Of a DNA stretch of 64,000 nt, positions 1-8,075 are shown piece after piece. The DNA is taken from positions 32,001 through 96,000 of the forward strand of contig CAXHZO010000005.1 in the NCBI GenBank assembly GCA_964022095.1, read 5' to 3'. Source of the DNA: an uncultured Arcobacteraceae bacterium. GTDB taxonomy: Bacteria; Campylobacterota; Campylobacteria; Campylobacterales; Arcobacteraceae. A program made the position numbers and the translations under genes. Numbering within the stretch: the stretch's first letter is position 1; the number at the start of each line of letters is the position of its first letter. The notes under the pieces are model-generated. The model did no database searches. It was given only the letters and a program-made list of their open reading frames with translations, and was not told the DNA's origin.

Positions 1-1
1 A

Positions 2-787
2 AGACCAACACTAAAAGCCATAGAGTGTGGTAAAAAAATCGCCTTAGCAAATAAAGAATCCCTTGTCGCAGCAGGAAAATTTATCGATCAAAGTAAACTT
101 AGTCCAATTGATTCTGAGCATTTTGGACTATGGTATTTACTTCAAGATAAAAAAATAGATTCTATGTTAGTGACTGCAAGTGGTGGTTCTTTTAGAGATT
201 ATCCACTTGAACAACTTGCAAACGTTTCTATAAAAGAAGCGTTAAATCATCCAAATTGGTCAATGGGAAGTAAAATCACAATTGATAGTGCAACCATGAC
301 AAATAAGATGTTTGAATTACTTGAAGCAAAATGGCTGTTTGATATTACAAAACTAGATGCGATAATTGAGACAAAATCATTAATACATGCACTTATAAAC
401 TTCACAGATGGTAGTACAACTGCACACATTGCAAATGCTTCTATGCAACTTCCAATTGCTTATGCAATTTTAGGAAAGTGTGATGAAGAGGTTTTAAAGC
501 CAGTTGATTTACTAGAAGTTGGAAATTTAGAGTTTAAAAAAATTGAAACTTCAAGATATCCTATTTGGGAATTAAAAGATGAAATTTTACAAAATCCAGA
601 TTTAGGTGTGGTTTTAAATGCTGCAAATGAAGTAGGGGTTTCAAAGTTTTTAAATGGTGAAATTGGATTTTTAGATGTTTCAAAAATTAGTTTAGATGCA
701 ATTAATAAATTTAATAATGTAAATCCAAAAAATATAGAAGATATATTTGCAATAGATAAAGAAGTGAGAAGTTACTGTGAGTCTTGA
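2..787 (+). CDS. dxr: 1-deoxy-D-xylulose-5-phosphate reductoisomerase (5'-truncated by window edge)
   Basis: Frame open from base 2: IALANKESLV, PIDSEH, TASGG, HPNWSMGSKITIDSATM, NAANEV motifs. Confidence 0.96.
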   Translation, partial: RPTLKAIECGKKIALANKESLVAAGKFIDQSKLSPIDSEHFGLWYLLQDKKIDSMLVTASGGSFRDYPLEQLANVSIKEALNHPNWSMGSKITIDSATMTNKMFELLEAKWLFDITKLDAIIETKSLIHALINFTDGSTTAHIANASMQLPIAYAILGKCDEEVLKPVDLLEVGNLEFKKIETSRYPIWELKDEILQNPDLGVVLNAANEVGVSKFLNGEIGFLDVSKISLDAINKFNNVNPKNIEDIFAIDKEVRSYCES

Positions 788-1061
788 TATGTTAATTCCC
801 TTTGGAATTTTGCTAATTTTAGTAGTTTATTTAATTTACACAAGAAGTAAATTTGAAAAAGACACAGTAAAAGTTTATGAAGAAAAATTTACTCAATGGC
901 AAAAACATAGTAAAATAACTAAAGAAAAAGAATCAAAAAAAGATCTAGTAGGCTTAGTTTTTAAAAAAGATTATAAAGTTAGTATTGAACTTCTTGATGA
1001 TAGTGCAAGAAATGCATTAGAAAAAGGGAAGTTTGACATAGGAAATCTAAAGGATAACTAA
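777..1061 (+). CDS. hypothetical protein with N-terminal membrane anchor
   Basis: 94-aa ORF overlapping dxr stop; hydrophobic N-terminus. Confidence 0.75.
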   Translation: MSLDMLIPFGILLILVVYLIYTRSKFEKDTVKVYEEKFTQWQKHSKITKEKESKKDLVGLVFKKDYKVSIELLDDSARNALEKGKFDIGNLKDN

Positions 1062-1486
1062 TGAGATATTTAGTTTTAATTTTCATTTTCATATCTTTGT
1101 TAGATGCAAAAATCTATAGAGATAGTAATAAAGATGTTGTTTTAGATGATACAAGATCTTTAATGTGGCAAGATGATGTTGATAATATTAAGTTATTGAA
1201 AACACATCAAGATGCACAAGAGTATTGCGAGCAGTTAAACCTTGCAGGATATACTGATTGGCGGTTACCTACAATAGAAGAGTATGAGACAATTGTTTAT
1301 AAAAAAAATACAAAAACAAATATAAACTTTGCATTTAGATATAACCTAAGAGATGGCTATTGGGCTTCTAAAGCTCATTGGAGAACACTTTGGTTTTATG
1401 CTGATTATATGTTTTTTGTAAGTGGAACACCATATTATGATAGTAGACATAAATTAAAATATGTTAGATGTATAAGGGGAAAGTAG
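1061..1486 (+). CDS. DUF1566/Lcl-domain secreted protein
   Basis: Signal peptide, LMWQ, A..YC..L.LAGY.DWRLPT, C-terminal VRCIR. Confidence 0.85.
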   Translation: MRYLVLIFIFISLLDAKIYRDSNKDVVLDDTRSLMWQDDVDNIKLLKTHQDAQEYCEQLNLAGYTDWRLPTIEEYETIVYKKNTKTNINFAFRYNLRDGYWASKAHWRTLWFYADYMFFVSGTPYYDSRHKLKYVRCIRGK

Positions 1487-1487
1487 T

Positions 1488-2066
1488 TTGAATAAAAGAG
1501 TTTTAATATTACATGGTTTAGGTGGCAGTGATTATCCTCATTGGCAATCACAATTAGCAATGGATTTAATAAAAGAAAATTGGATTGTATCATTTCCTGC
1601 CATGCCAAATAGAGATAATCCAAATTTAGATGAGTGGAAAGATACTTTAAAAAAAGAGATAGAACATTTTAAACCAAATATGGTTGTATGTCACTCTTTA
1701 GGAAATGTTTTATGGTTTCATACTTGTGATGAACTTGATATAAAACTTGATAAGTTAATGCTAGTAGCACCAGTTAGCATGGATAGAGTAGTTCAAGCTG
1801 CAAGTAGTTTTTATCCATATCCTATTCCAAAAGATTTAAAATCTAAAGAAGCTATTATGGCAGCATCTACAAATGATCCTTATATAACAGTTGAAGAGGC
1901 AATTAGATTACAATCAAAATTAAATATTGGTATGAAAATCATGGAAGATGCAGGACATATAAATGCAGCTTCTGGATTTGGAAAACTTGATTGTGCTTTT
2001 GATTGGCTAAAGCGTGAAGAAGAGTGTGAAATTAATGAAGAGTTAAATGATGGAGAAGAGTCTTGA
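1488..2066 (+). CDS. RBBP9/YdeN-family alpha/beta hydrolase
   Basis: [16 protein letters not shown] nucleophile motif, STNDPY, AGHIN. Confidence 0.88.
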   Translation: MNKRVLILHGLGGSDYPHWQSQLAMDLIKENWIVSFPAMPNRDNPNLDEWKDTLKKEIEHFKPNMVVCHSLGNVLWFHTCDELDIKLDKLMLVAPVSMDRVVQAASSFYPYPIPKDLKSKEAIMAASTNDPYITVEEAIRLQSKLNIGMKIMEDAGHINAASGFGKLDCAFDWLKREEECEINEELNDGEES

Positions 2067-3064
2067 TTTTATCAATTGAGTCAAGTTGTGATGATAGCTC
2101 AATTGCTATTACTGATATAAATACAAATGAATTAATTTATCATAAAAAAATATCTCAAGAATTACAACATAGTGTTTATGGTGGTGTAGTTCCTGAACTT
2201 GCTGCAAGATTACATGTTGAAGCTCTTCCAAAAATCTTAGAAGAGTGCCAAGAGTATTTTCCTAAATTAAAAGCAATTGCTGTTACAAATGCTCCAGGAC
2301 TTAGTGTAACACTAATGGAAGGTGTAACTATGGCAAAAGCTTTAGCTATTAGTTTAAAGCTTCCATTAATTGCAGTTAATCATTTAAAAGGTCATATTTA
2401 TTCACTTTTTATTGAAAAAGATGAAGTATTACCTATGAGTGTTCTTTTGGTTTCAGGTGGACATACACAAATTATTGAAGCAAATAGTTTAAATGATATG
2501 AAAGTTATTGCAAGTACTATTGATGATAGTTTTGGTGAGAGTTTTGATAAAGTTTCAAAAATGCTAGGACTTGGATACCCTGGTGGTCCAGTTGTTCAAG
2601 AGTATGGTTTAAAAGGTGATGAAAATAGATTTGATTTGCCAATTCCATTAAGACAAAGTCCAAAAATTGAGTTTAGTTACTCTGGACTTAAAAATGCAGT
2701 TAGAATGCAAATTCAAAAGCTTGAAGAATCTGAATTTGGAATAACTGAGCAAGACAAATATGATATTTGTGCCTCTTTTCAAAAAACAGCAGTTGCTCAT
2801 ATTATGCAAAAATTAAAAAAACAATTTAAAATTAATGTTCCAAAGAATCTAGCAATTGTAGGTGGAGCTAGTGCTAATATTCACTTAAGAGGTCAAATCG
2901 AAGAGCTTTGTGAGAAACACAATACAAAATTATATCTTAGTGAATTAAAGTACTGTTCTGATAATGCAGCAATGATCGGAAGAGTTGCAGTTGAACAATT
3001 CAAATTAAATGATTTTGTAAATGTTGATGAAATTGATATTCAAACAAGATTAAAAGGATTTTAA
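2063..3064 (+). CDS. tsaD: tRNA N6-threonylcarbamoyltransferase
   Basis: [38 protein letters not shown]. Confidence 0.97.
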   Translation: MILSIESSCDDSSIAITDINTNELIYHKKISQELQHSVYGGVVPELAARLHVEALPKILEECQEYFPKLKAIAVTNAPGLSVTLMEGVTMAKALAISLKLPLIAVNHLKGHIYSLFIEKDEVLPMSVLLVSGGHTQIIEANSLNDMKVIASTIDDSFGESFDKVSKMLGLGYPGGPVVQEYGLKGDENRFDLPIPLRQSPKIEFSYSGLKNAVRMQIQKLEESEFGITEQDKYDICASFQKTAVAHIMQKLKKQFKINVPKNLAIVGGASANIHLRGQIEELCEKHNTKLYLSELKYCSDNAAMIGRVAVEQFKLNDFVNVDEIDIQTRLKGF

Positions 3065-3409
3065 ATGGCTGGCTTAGCAGATATGTTATCTCAAAATTTA
3101 GGGGCTAATTTAGATGGTGACAAGTTTGAAACAAGTAAAGAAGATAAAAAGAAAAAATCTTCTAATGACATTATTCCAAAAAATCAACACCAATTAGTTT
3201 TTACTTTTGAAAAAAGAAAAGGTAAACCTGTAACACTTGTGGGTAGATTTTATTTAAGTGATAGTGATAAAAAAGATGTACTAAAATTACTAAAGAAAAA
3301 ACTTGCTTGTGGTGGAAGTATAAAAGAAGAGTGGATAGAACTACAAGGTGATGTAAAAGATAAAATTAAAGATGTTTTATCAAAAGAGAATTGGAAATTT
3401 AAAAACTAG
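3065..3409 (+). CDS. SUI1/YciH-family translation initiation factor
   Basis: RKGKPVT, LKKKLACGGS, IELQGD. Confidence 0.88.
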   Translation: MAGLADMLSQNLGANLDGDKFETSKEDKKKKSSNDIIPKNQHQLVFTFEKRKGKPVTLVGRFYLSDSDKKDVLKLLKKKLACGGSIKEEWIELQGDVKDKIKDVLSKENWKFKN

Positions 3410-3426
3410 ATTATCAGGAGAATATT

Positions 3427-4812
3427 ATGCAGAAGCTTTTTGATGAGGTAAATTCATTAGATAAAAGATGTTATGAAAAGTTTGCTTTAAGTGAAGACAT
3501 TTTAATGGAACATGCAGCAAATGGTATGTGTGAATATATTCAAGATAATTATGATGATAAAGAATCTATTTTAATAGTTTGTGGTAGTGGAAATAATGGT
3601 GCAGATGGAATAGCTCTAGCAAGACTTTTATATAATAGATATGATGTAAATTTATATCTTTCAAATAATCCAAAGTCACAAATGGCAAAACTTCAATATA
3701 AAAGAGCTCAAGCCCTTGGTGTAAAAGAAGTAAGTGAAGTTTTTGAAGCTGATATTATAGTTGATTGTCTTTTTGGAACAGGTTTAAATAAAGATTTAAA
3801 AAGTGATGCTGTAAAACTAGTTGATAGTTTAAATGATTTTGATAGTGTAAAAATTTCATGTGATATACCAAGTGGAGTTAGTAATGTTGGTCATGTAAGT
3901 ACAACGGCTTTTTATGCCGATATTACTTTAACAATGGGTGCTCTTAAAACATTTTTATATACTGATAATGCAAAAGACTATTTAGGAAAAGTAAAAGTAA
4001 TAAATCTTGGAGTACAAAGAGAAGTATATGAAACAAACACAACAAAGTTTTTACTTCAAAAAAAAGATATAAATTTACCCCATAGAAAACAAAAAAACTC
4101 TCACAAGGGAACTTATGGACATCTAAATGTAGTTGCAGGTTGTAAAAAAGGTGCAGGAATAATTGCAGCTAAAGCAGCCTTTGGATTTGGAGCTGGGCTA
4201 GTAAGTGTAGTTTGTCATGAAAATCTTGATTTGCCTTATCATATTATGCAAACACACTTTTTAACTAGAAATTGTACTGCAATTGCAATTGGAATGGGAC
4301 TTGGTAAGTATGAAACAGCAGAGATTAGAGAAATACTAAAAAAAGATATACCAAAAATTATTGATGCAGATTTGTTTTATGATGAAATTGTAATAGAAAG
4401 TTTTGAAACAGATGTTGTTTTAACTCCTCATCCAAAAGAGTTTGTAGCTTTATTAAAACTTTGTGAAATTGCTGATATTAGCATAGAAGAATTACAATCA
4501 AATAGATTTTTATATGTAGAGAAGTTTTGTAAAAAATATCCAAAAACAGTGTTACTTTTAAAAGGTGCAAATGTATTAATAGGGCAAGGAGAATATATCT
4601 TTGTAAATAGATATGGAAGTCCAGTTTTAAGTAAAGGTGGAAGTGGTGATGTTTTAGCAGGACTTGTTGCATCATTACTTGCTCAAGGATACTTACCTCT
4701 AGATGCAGCAATTACAGCAAGTTTAGCACATACTTTAGCTGCTAGAAAGTATAGTAAAAATAATTACTCTTTAATTCCAGCAGATTTAGTAGAGGAGGTT
4801 AGAAAATTATGA
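3427..4812 (+). CDS. nnr: bifunctional NAD(P)H-hydrate epimerase/dehydratase (Nnr/YjeF)
   Basis: LMEHAA, GSGNNGADG, DIPSG, HKGTYG, TPHPKEF, GGSGDVLAG. Confidence 0.93.
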   Translation: MQKLFDEVNSLDKRCYEKFALSEDILMEHAANGMCEYIQDNYDDKESILIVCGSGNNGADGIALARLLYNRYDVNLYLSNNPKSQMAKLQYKRAQALGVKEVSEVFEADIIVDCLFGTGLNKDLKSDAVKLVDSLNDFDSVKISCDIPSGVSNVGHVSTTAFYADITLTMGALKTFLYTDNAKDYLGKVKVINLGVQREVYETNTTKFLLQKKDINLPHRKQKNSHKGTYGHLNVVAGCKKGAGIIAAKAAFGFGAGLVSVVCHENLDLPYHIMQTHFLTRNCTAIAIGMGLGKYETAEIREILKKDIPKIIDADLFYDEIVIESFETDVVLTPHPKEFVALLKLCEIADISIEELQSNRFLYVEKFCKKYPKTVLLLKGANVLIGQGEYIFVNRYGSPVLSKGGSGDVLAGLVASLLAQGYLPLDAAITASLAHTLAARKYSKNNYSLIPADLVEEVRKL

Positions 4813-5120
4813 CACCTGTAATTATTCAAACAACTTGTGGCTCTAAAATAGAGGCTAAAAATATTGCAAAAAGACTTATAGATGAAAAACTTGCAGCTTG
4901 TATTCAAATGAGTGAAATTGAGTCTATGTACTCTTGGAAAGATGAATTTTGTTGTGATAATGAGACAATTTTATCCATAAAAACATCAAAAGAAAATTTT
5001 AAAAAAGTAAAAAGCAAAATCAAAGAATTACATAGTTATGATGTGCCTGAAATTATTCAAATAGATATTACAGACATTAGTAAAAAATATTTAAAATTTA
5101 TGGAGGATAATACAATATGA
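4809..5120 (+). CDS. cutA: divalent-cation tolerance protein CutA
   Basis: [21 protein letters not shown]. Confidence 0.93.
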   Translation: MTPVIIQTTCGSKIEAKNIAKRLIDEKLAACIQMSEIESMYSWKDEFCCDNETILSIKTSKENFKKVKSKIKELHSYDVPEIIQIDITDISKKYLKFMEDNTI

Positions 5121-5896
5121 ATGAAATTTTAAAAGTTGGAAATTATAAATTTAATAGTAGATTAATTGTTGGAAGTGGAAAATATAAAGACTTTCAAACA
5201 ACTAAAGATGCAACATTAGCAAGTGGAAGTGAATTAATCACTGTTGCTATTAGAAGAGTAAATATAACAAATCCAAATGAAGAGAACCTATTAGATTATT
5301 TTAAAGATACAAATGTAAAACTTTTACCAAATAGTGCAGGGTGTTTTACAGCTGAGGAAGCTATTACAACATTTAGACTTATGAGAGAAGCAACGGGTAT
5401 TGATTTAATCAAATTAGAAGTTATTGGGGATGCACAAAAAACACTTTACCCAGATGTAATTGAAACTGTAAAAGCTTGTGAAGTTCTAAAAAAAGAAGGC
5501 TTTACAATTATGGCTTATACTAGTGATGATCCAATTGTTGCTAAAAGATTAGAAGAAGCAGGTGCTGATGCAATTATGCCTTTAGCTGCTCCTATTGGCT
5601 CAGGGCTTGGTATTCAAAATCCATATAACATTGCATTTATTAAAGATGCTGTAAATGTTCCTGTGATTGTAGATGCAGGTCTAGGTTGTGCAAGTGATGC
5701 AGCAGCAGCTATGGAATTAGGTGCTGATGGAATTTTAGCAAATACAGCAATTGCACAAGCTCAAGATCCAATGGCAATGGCTGAAGCTTTTAAACACGCA
5801 ACAATTGCTGGAAGACTAGGTTATAAAGCGGGAAGAATCCCTAAAAAACCTTATGCAACAGCAAGTTCTCCTGTGGATGGATTGATTCAATTTTAA
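5117..5896 (+). CDS. thiG: thiazole synthase
   Basis: [37 protein letters not shown]. Confidence 0.97.
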   Translation: MNEILKVGNYKFNSRLIVGSGKYKDFQTTKDATLASGSELITVAIRRVNITNPNEENLLDYFKDTNVKLLPNSAGCFTAEEAITTFRLMREATGIDLIKLEVIGDAQKTLYPDVIETVKACEVLKKEGFTIMAYTSDDPIVAKRLEEAGADAIMPLAAPIGSGLGIQNPYNIAFIKDAVNVPVIVDAGLGCASDAAAAMELGADGILANTAIAQAQDPMAMAEAFKHATIAGRLGYKAGRIPKKPYATASSPVDGLIQF

Positions 5897-5945
5897 TATT
5901 TAAAAAGAAAATTTAGGATTTTCCTTCATTTTCTTTTAAATAACC

Positions 5946-5974
5946 TTGACAAATCAATTAAAATTTTGTATAAT
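5946..5974 (+). promoter_or_regulatory. sigma70 promoter of tRNA operon
   Basis: TTGACA (5946-5951), 17 bp, TATAAT (5969-5974), just upstream of tRNA-Pro. Confidence 0.85.
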
Positions 5975-6006
5975 TCCGTCCACTTTTTAAATAAAGTAAA
6001 CATTGT

Positions 6007-6084
6007 CGGGGCGTAGCGCAGTCTGGTTAGCGCACCTGGTTTGGGACCAGGGGGCCGGAGGTTCGAATCCTCTCGCCCCGACCA
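6007..6084 (+). tRNA. tRNA-Pro(TGG)
   Basis: CGGGGCG acceptor stem, anticodon loop TTTGGGA, GTTCGAATC, encoded CCA. Confidence 0.96.
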
Positions 6085-6098
6085 TTTATTTTTTTGAC

Positions 6099-6176
6099 GG
6101 TAGGTATAGCTCAGTTGGTTAGAGCATCTGGTTGTGGTTCAGAGGGTCGTGGGTTCGAATCCCATTACTTACCCCA
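6099..6176 (+). tRNA. tRNA-His(GTG)
   Basis: Anticodon loop TTGTGGT, G-1, C discriminator, CCA. Confidence 0.95.
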
Positions 6177-6193
6177 TTTTTTTATTTTTTAGT

Positions 6194-6270
<77 letters not shown>

Positions 6271-6273
6271 CTT

Positions 6274-6358
6274 GCGGATGTGGTGAAATTGGTAGACACG
6301 CCAGACTTAGGATCTGGTGCCTCACGGTGTGGAGGTTCGAGTCCTCTCATCCGCACCA
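6274..6358 (+). tRNA. tRNA-Leu(TAG)
   Basis: CCAGA-CTTAGGA-TCTGG anticodon arm, long variable arm, CCA. Confidence 0.95.
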
Positions 6359-6410
6359 CTTTATATATGTCAATTTTAAGTTTAAAATTGGTATTATATA
6401 TTTTATAAAA

Positions 6411-6487
6411 GCGGGAGTAGCTCAGTTGGCTAGAGCTTCTGCCTTCCAAGCAGATTGTCGCGAGTTCGAGTCTCGTCTCCCGCTCCA
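6411..6487 (+). tRNA. tRNA-Gly(TCC), copy 1
   Basis: TCTGC-CTTCCAA-GCAGA anticodon arm, CCA. Confidence 0.95.
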
Positions 6488-6489
6488 TT

Positions 6490-6542
6490 AAAAAAGCCTT
6501 ATATAAGAAGTTTAATTTAACTTTTTGTGTAAGGCTTTTTTT
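6490..6542 (+). terminator. long hairpin with T-tract inside the tRNA cluster
   Basis: AAAAAAGCCTTATATAAGAAGTT ... AACTTTTTGTGTAAGGCTTTTTT inverted repeat with G:U pairs. Confidence 0.6.
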
Positions 6543-6560
6543 AGCCTTATTTTTTCAAAT

Positions 6561-6637
<77 letters not shown>

Positions 6638-6642
6638 TTAGA

Positions 6643-6719
6643 GCGGGAGTAGCTCAGTTGGCTAGAGCTTCTGCCTTCCAAGCAGATTGTCGCGAGTTCG
6701 AGTCTCGTCTCCCGCTCCA
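6643..6719 (+). tRNA. tRNA-Gly(TCC), copy 2
   Basis: Identical to 6411-6487. Confidence 0.95.
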
Positions 6720-6736
6720 CTTTTTAAAACTAAAAA

Positions 6737-7441
6737 TCAAATTTCTTTTAACCATCGTTCTAGAAAATCTAATCTAGAGTATTCTTTAGCTCCCAAATCA
6801 AACTTATATTGCATATAAGGTTGTCCTAAATTCCAAAATGAGTAATTATTCTGTTTTAAATATAGTCCAAGTAAAACTAATTGAAGTTTTCCCCAATTTT
6901 TATATGTTTTTTCTTTTGAACTAAATCCAGTTAAAGAAGTATATGTTGAACCAATTTTATATCCAATTTCTCCTGCAATTAATTCATTTGTATTTTTATC
7001 ATATAGTTCAATACTCAAAATCTCAAATCCATTTTCAAAATTCTCTTCAAAAAGTTCTTTTATTAATTTTTTATATTTATCTCTTAACCAGTTGTTTTTA
7101 TGGTATTGATCTAGTTTTTCAAGAACTAAGTCTATATTAGTATTAATAGTAAATTCGTGTCTATTTTTATTTATAAGTTTTTTAATAGATTTACTAATAA
7201 TTAAGTCTTCAAAGTCTAATAGGGCATATTCAAATTGCATCTCAGGTAATAAATAGAAAGTTTCATTAAGAGTAACACTTGTGGAAATAAATCCACAAGA
7301 TGCTAAGTATATATAAAACTCTTTTGAAAAGTCATCACATATGTAATAGTTTGTCTCTTCATTAGCATAAATATAGTTATATAAGATATCTTTGTTTTTT
7401 AAATCTTCATATGTAATTTGATATATTATTTCATTTGACAT
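6737..7441 (-). CDS. Leu/Phe-tRNA--protein transferase-like (Aat-like, GNAT fold) protein
   Basis: ISKSIKK, SIELYD..ELIAGEIGY.IG..Y.SLTGFS, GKLQL, LGAKEYSR.DF. Confidence 0.7.
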   Translation of the reverse strand: MSNEIIYQITYEDLKNKDILYNYIYANEETNYYICDDFSKEFYIYLASCGFISTSVTLNETFYLLPEMQFEYALLDFEDLIISKSIKKLINKNRHEFTINTNIDLVLEKLDQYHKNNWLRDKYKKLIKELFEENFENGFEILSIELYDKNTNELIAGEIGYKIGSTYTSLTGFSSKEKTYKNWGKLQLVLLGLYLKQNNYSFWNLGQPYMQYKFDLGAKEYSRLDFLERWLKEI

Positions 7442-7476
7442 AATTAACTTTTTTGTAAATTTAAGTTGATTATATC

Positions 7477-7983
7477 TTATCTTCTTTGATGATTATCTGA
7501 CCTTTTATATTTTTTGTATTTATTATTATGTTTTCTATAATTTTTTTTGTATTCTCTTTTTTCATAATAATGTCCATATATTGGTTGATTAACATATCTA
7601 TATTTATGCTTTTTATTCCAATTATTTACTTTATGATGTCTATATGTTCTATAATGCCCATGGCTTTTTCTAAAATTTCCTCTTTTATGCACTCTATCAT
7701 AGTAGGTATATCTATTATCAAATAAGAAATAGATATTATTAAAGAAATATCCCCTTCTATCAAAATAACCATAATAATAGCCATAGTCATCATAGTATCC
7801 ATGTCTGTTGTAATTGAAGTTCTTATATGCATTGTGTGCTCTATGATCATCACTTCTAATTCCAAGATCTAAATATCCTGAATTTCCTATTGGCGCTGAG
7901 ATTCTAACTCCTATTGAAGTGTTTGCACTTGAATATGAAAAGAGAGTAAATACTGCAATTGTAGTTAATAAAATCTTTTTCAT
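7477..7983 (-). CDS. secreted Tyr/His/Arg/Lys-rich low-complexity protein
   Basis: MKK signal peptide with AxA-like site, SD AAGGA upstream, YYDDYGYYYGY and basic His-rich C-terminus. Confidence 0.8.
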   Translation of the reverse strand: MKKILLTTIAVFTLFSYSSANTSIGVRISAPIGNSGYLDLGIRSDDHRAHNAYKNFNYNRHGYYDDYGYYYGYFDRRGYFFNNIYFLFDNRYTYYDRVHKRGNFRKSHGHYRTYRHHKVNNWNKKHKYRYVNQPIYGHYYEKREYKKNYRKHNNKYKKYKRSDNHQRR

Positions 7984-8075
7984 TTTTTATCCTTTTTATT
8001 ATTATTGAAATTATAAATCTTCAGTGTGAATAAATCGTGTTTTAATTATAATCTCTACAAATTAAAGGGATATAT

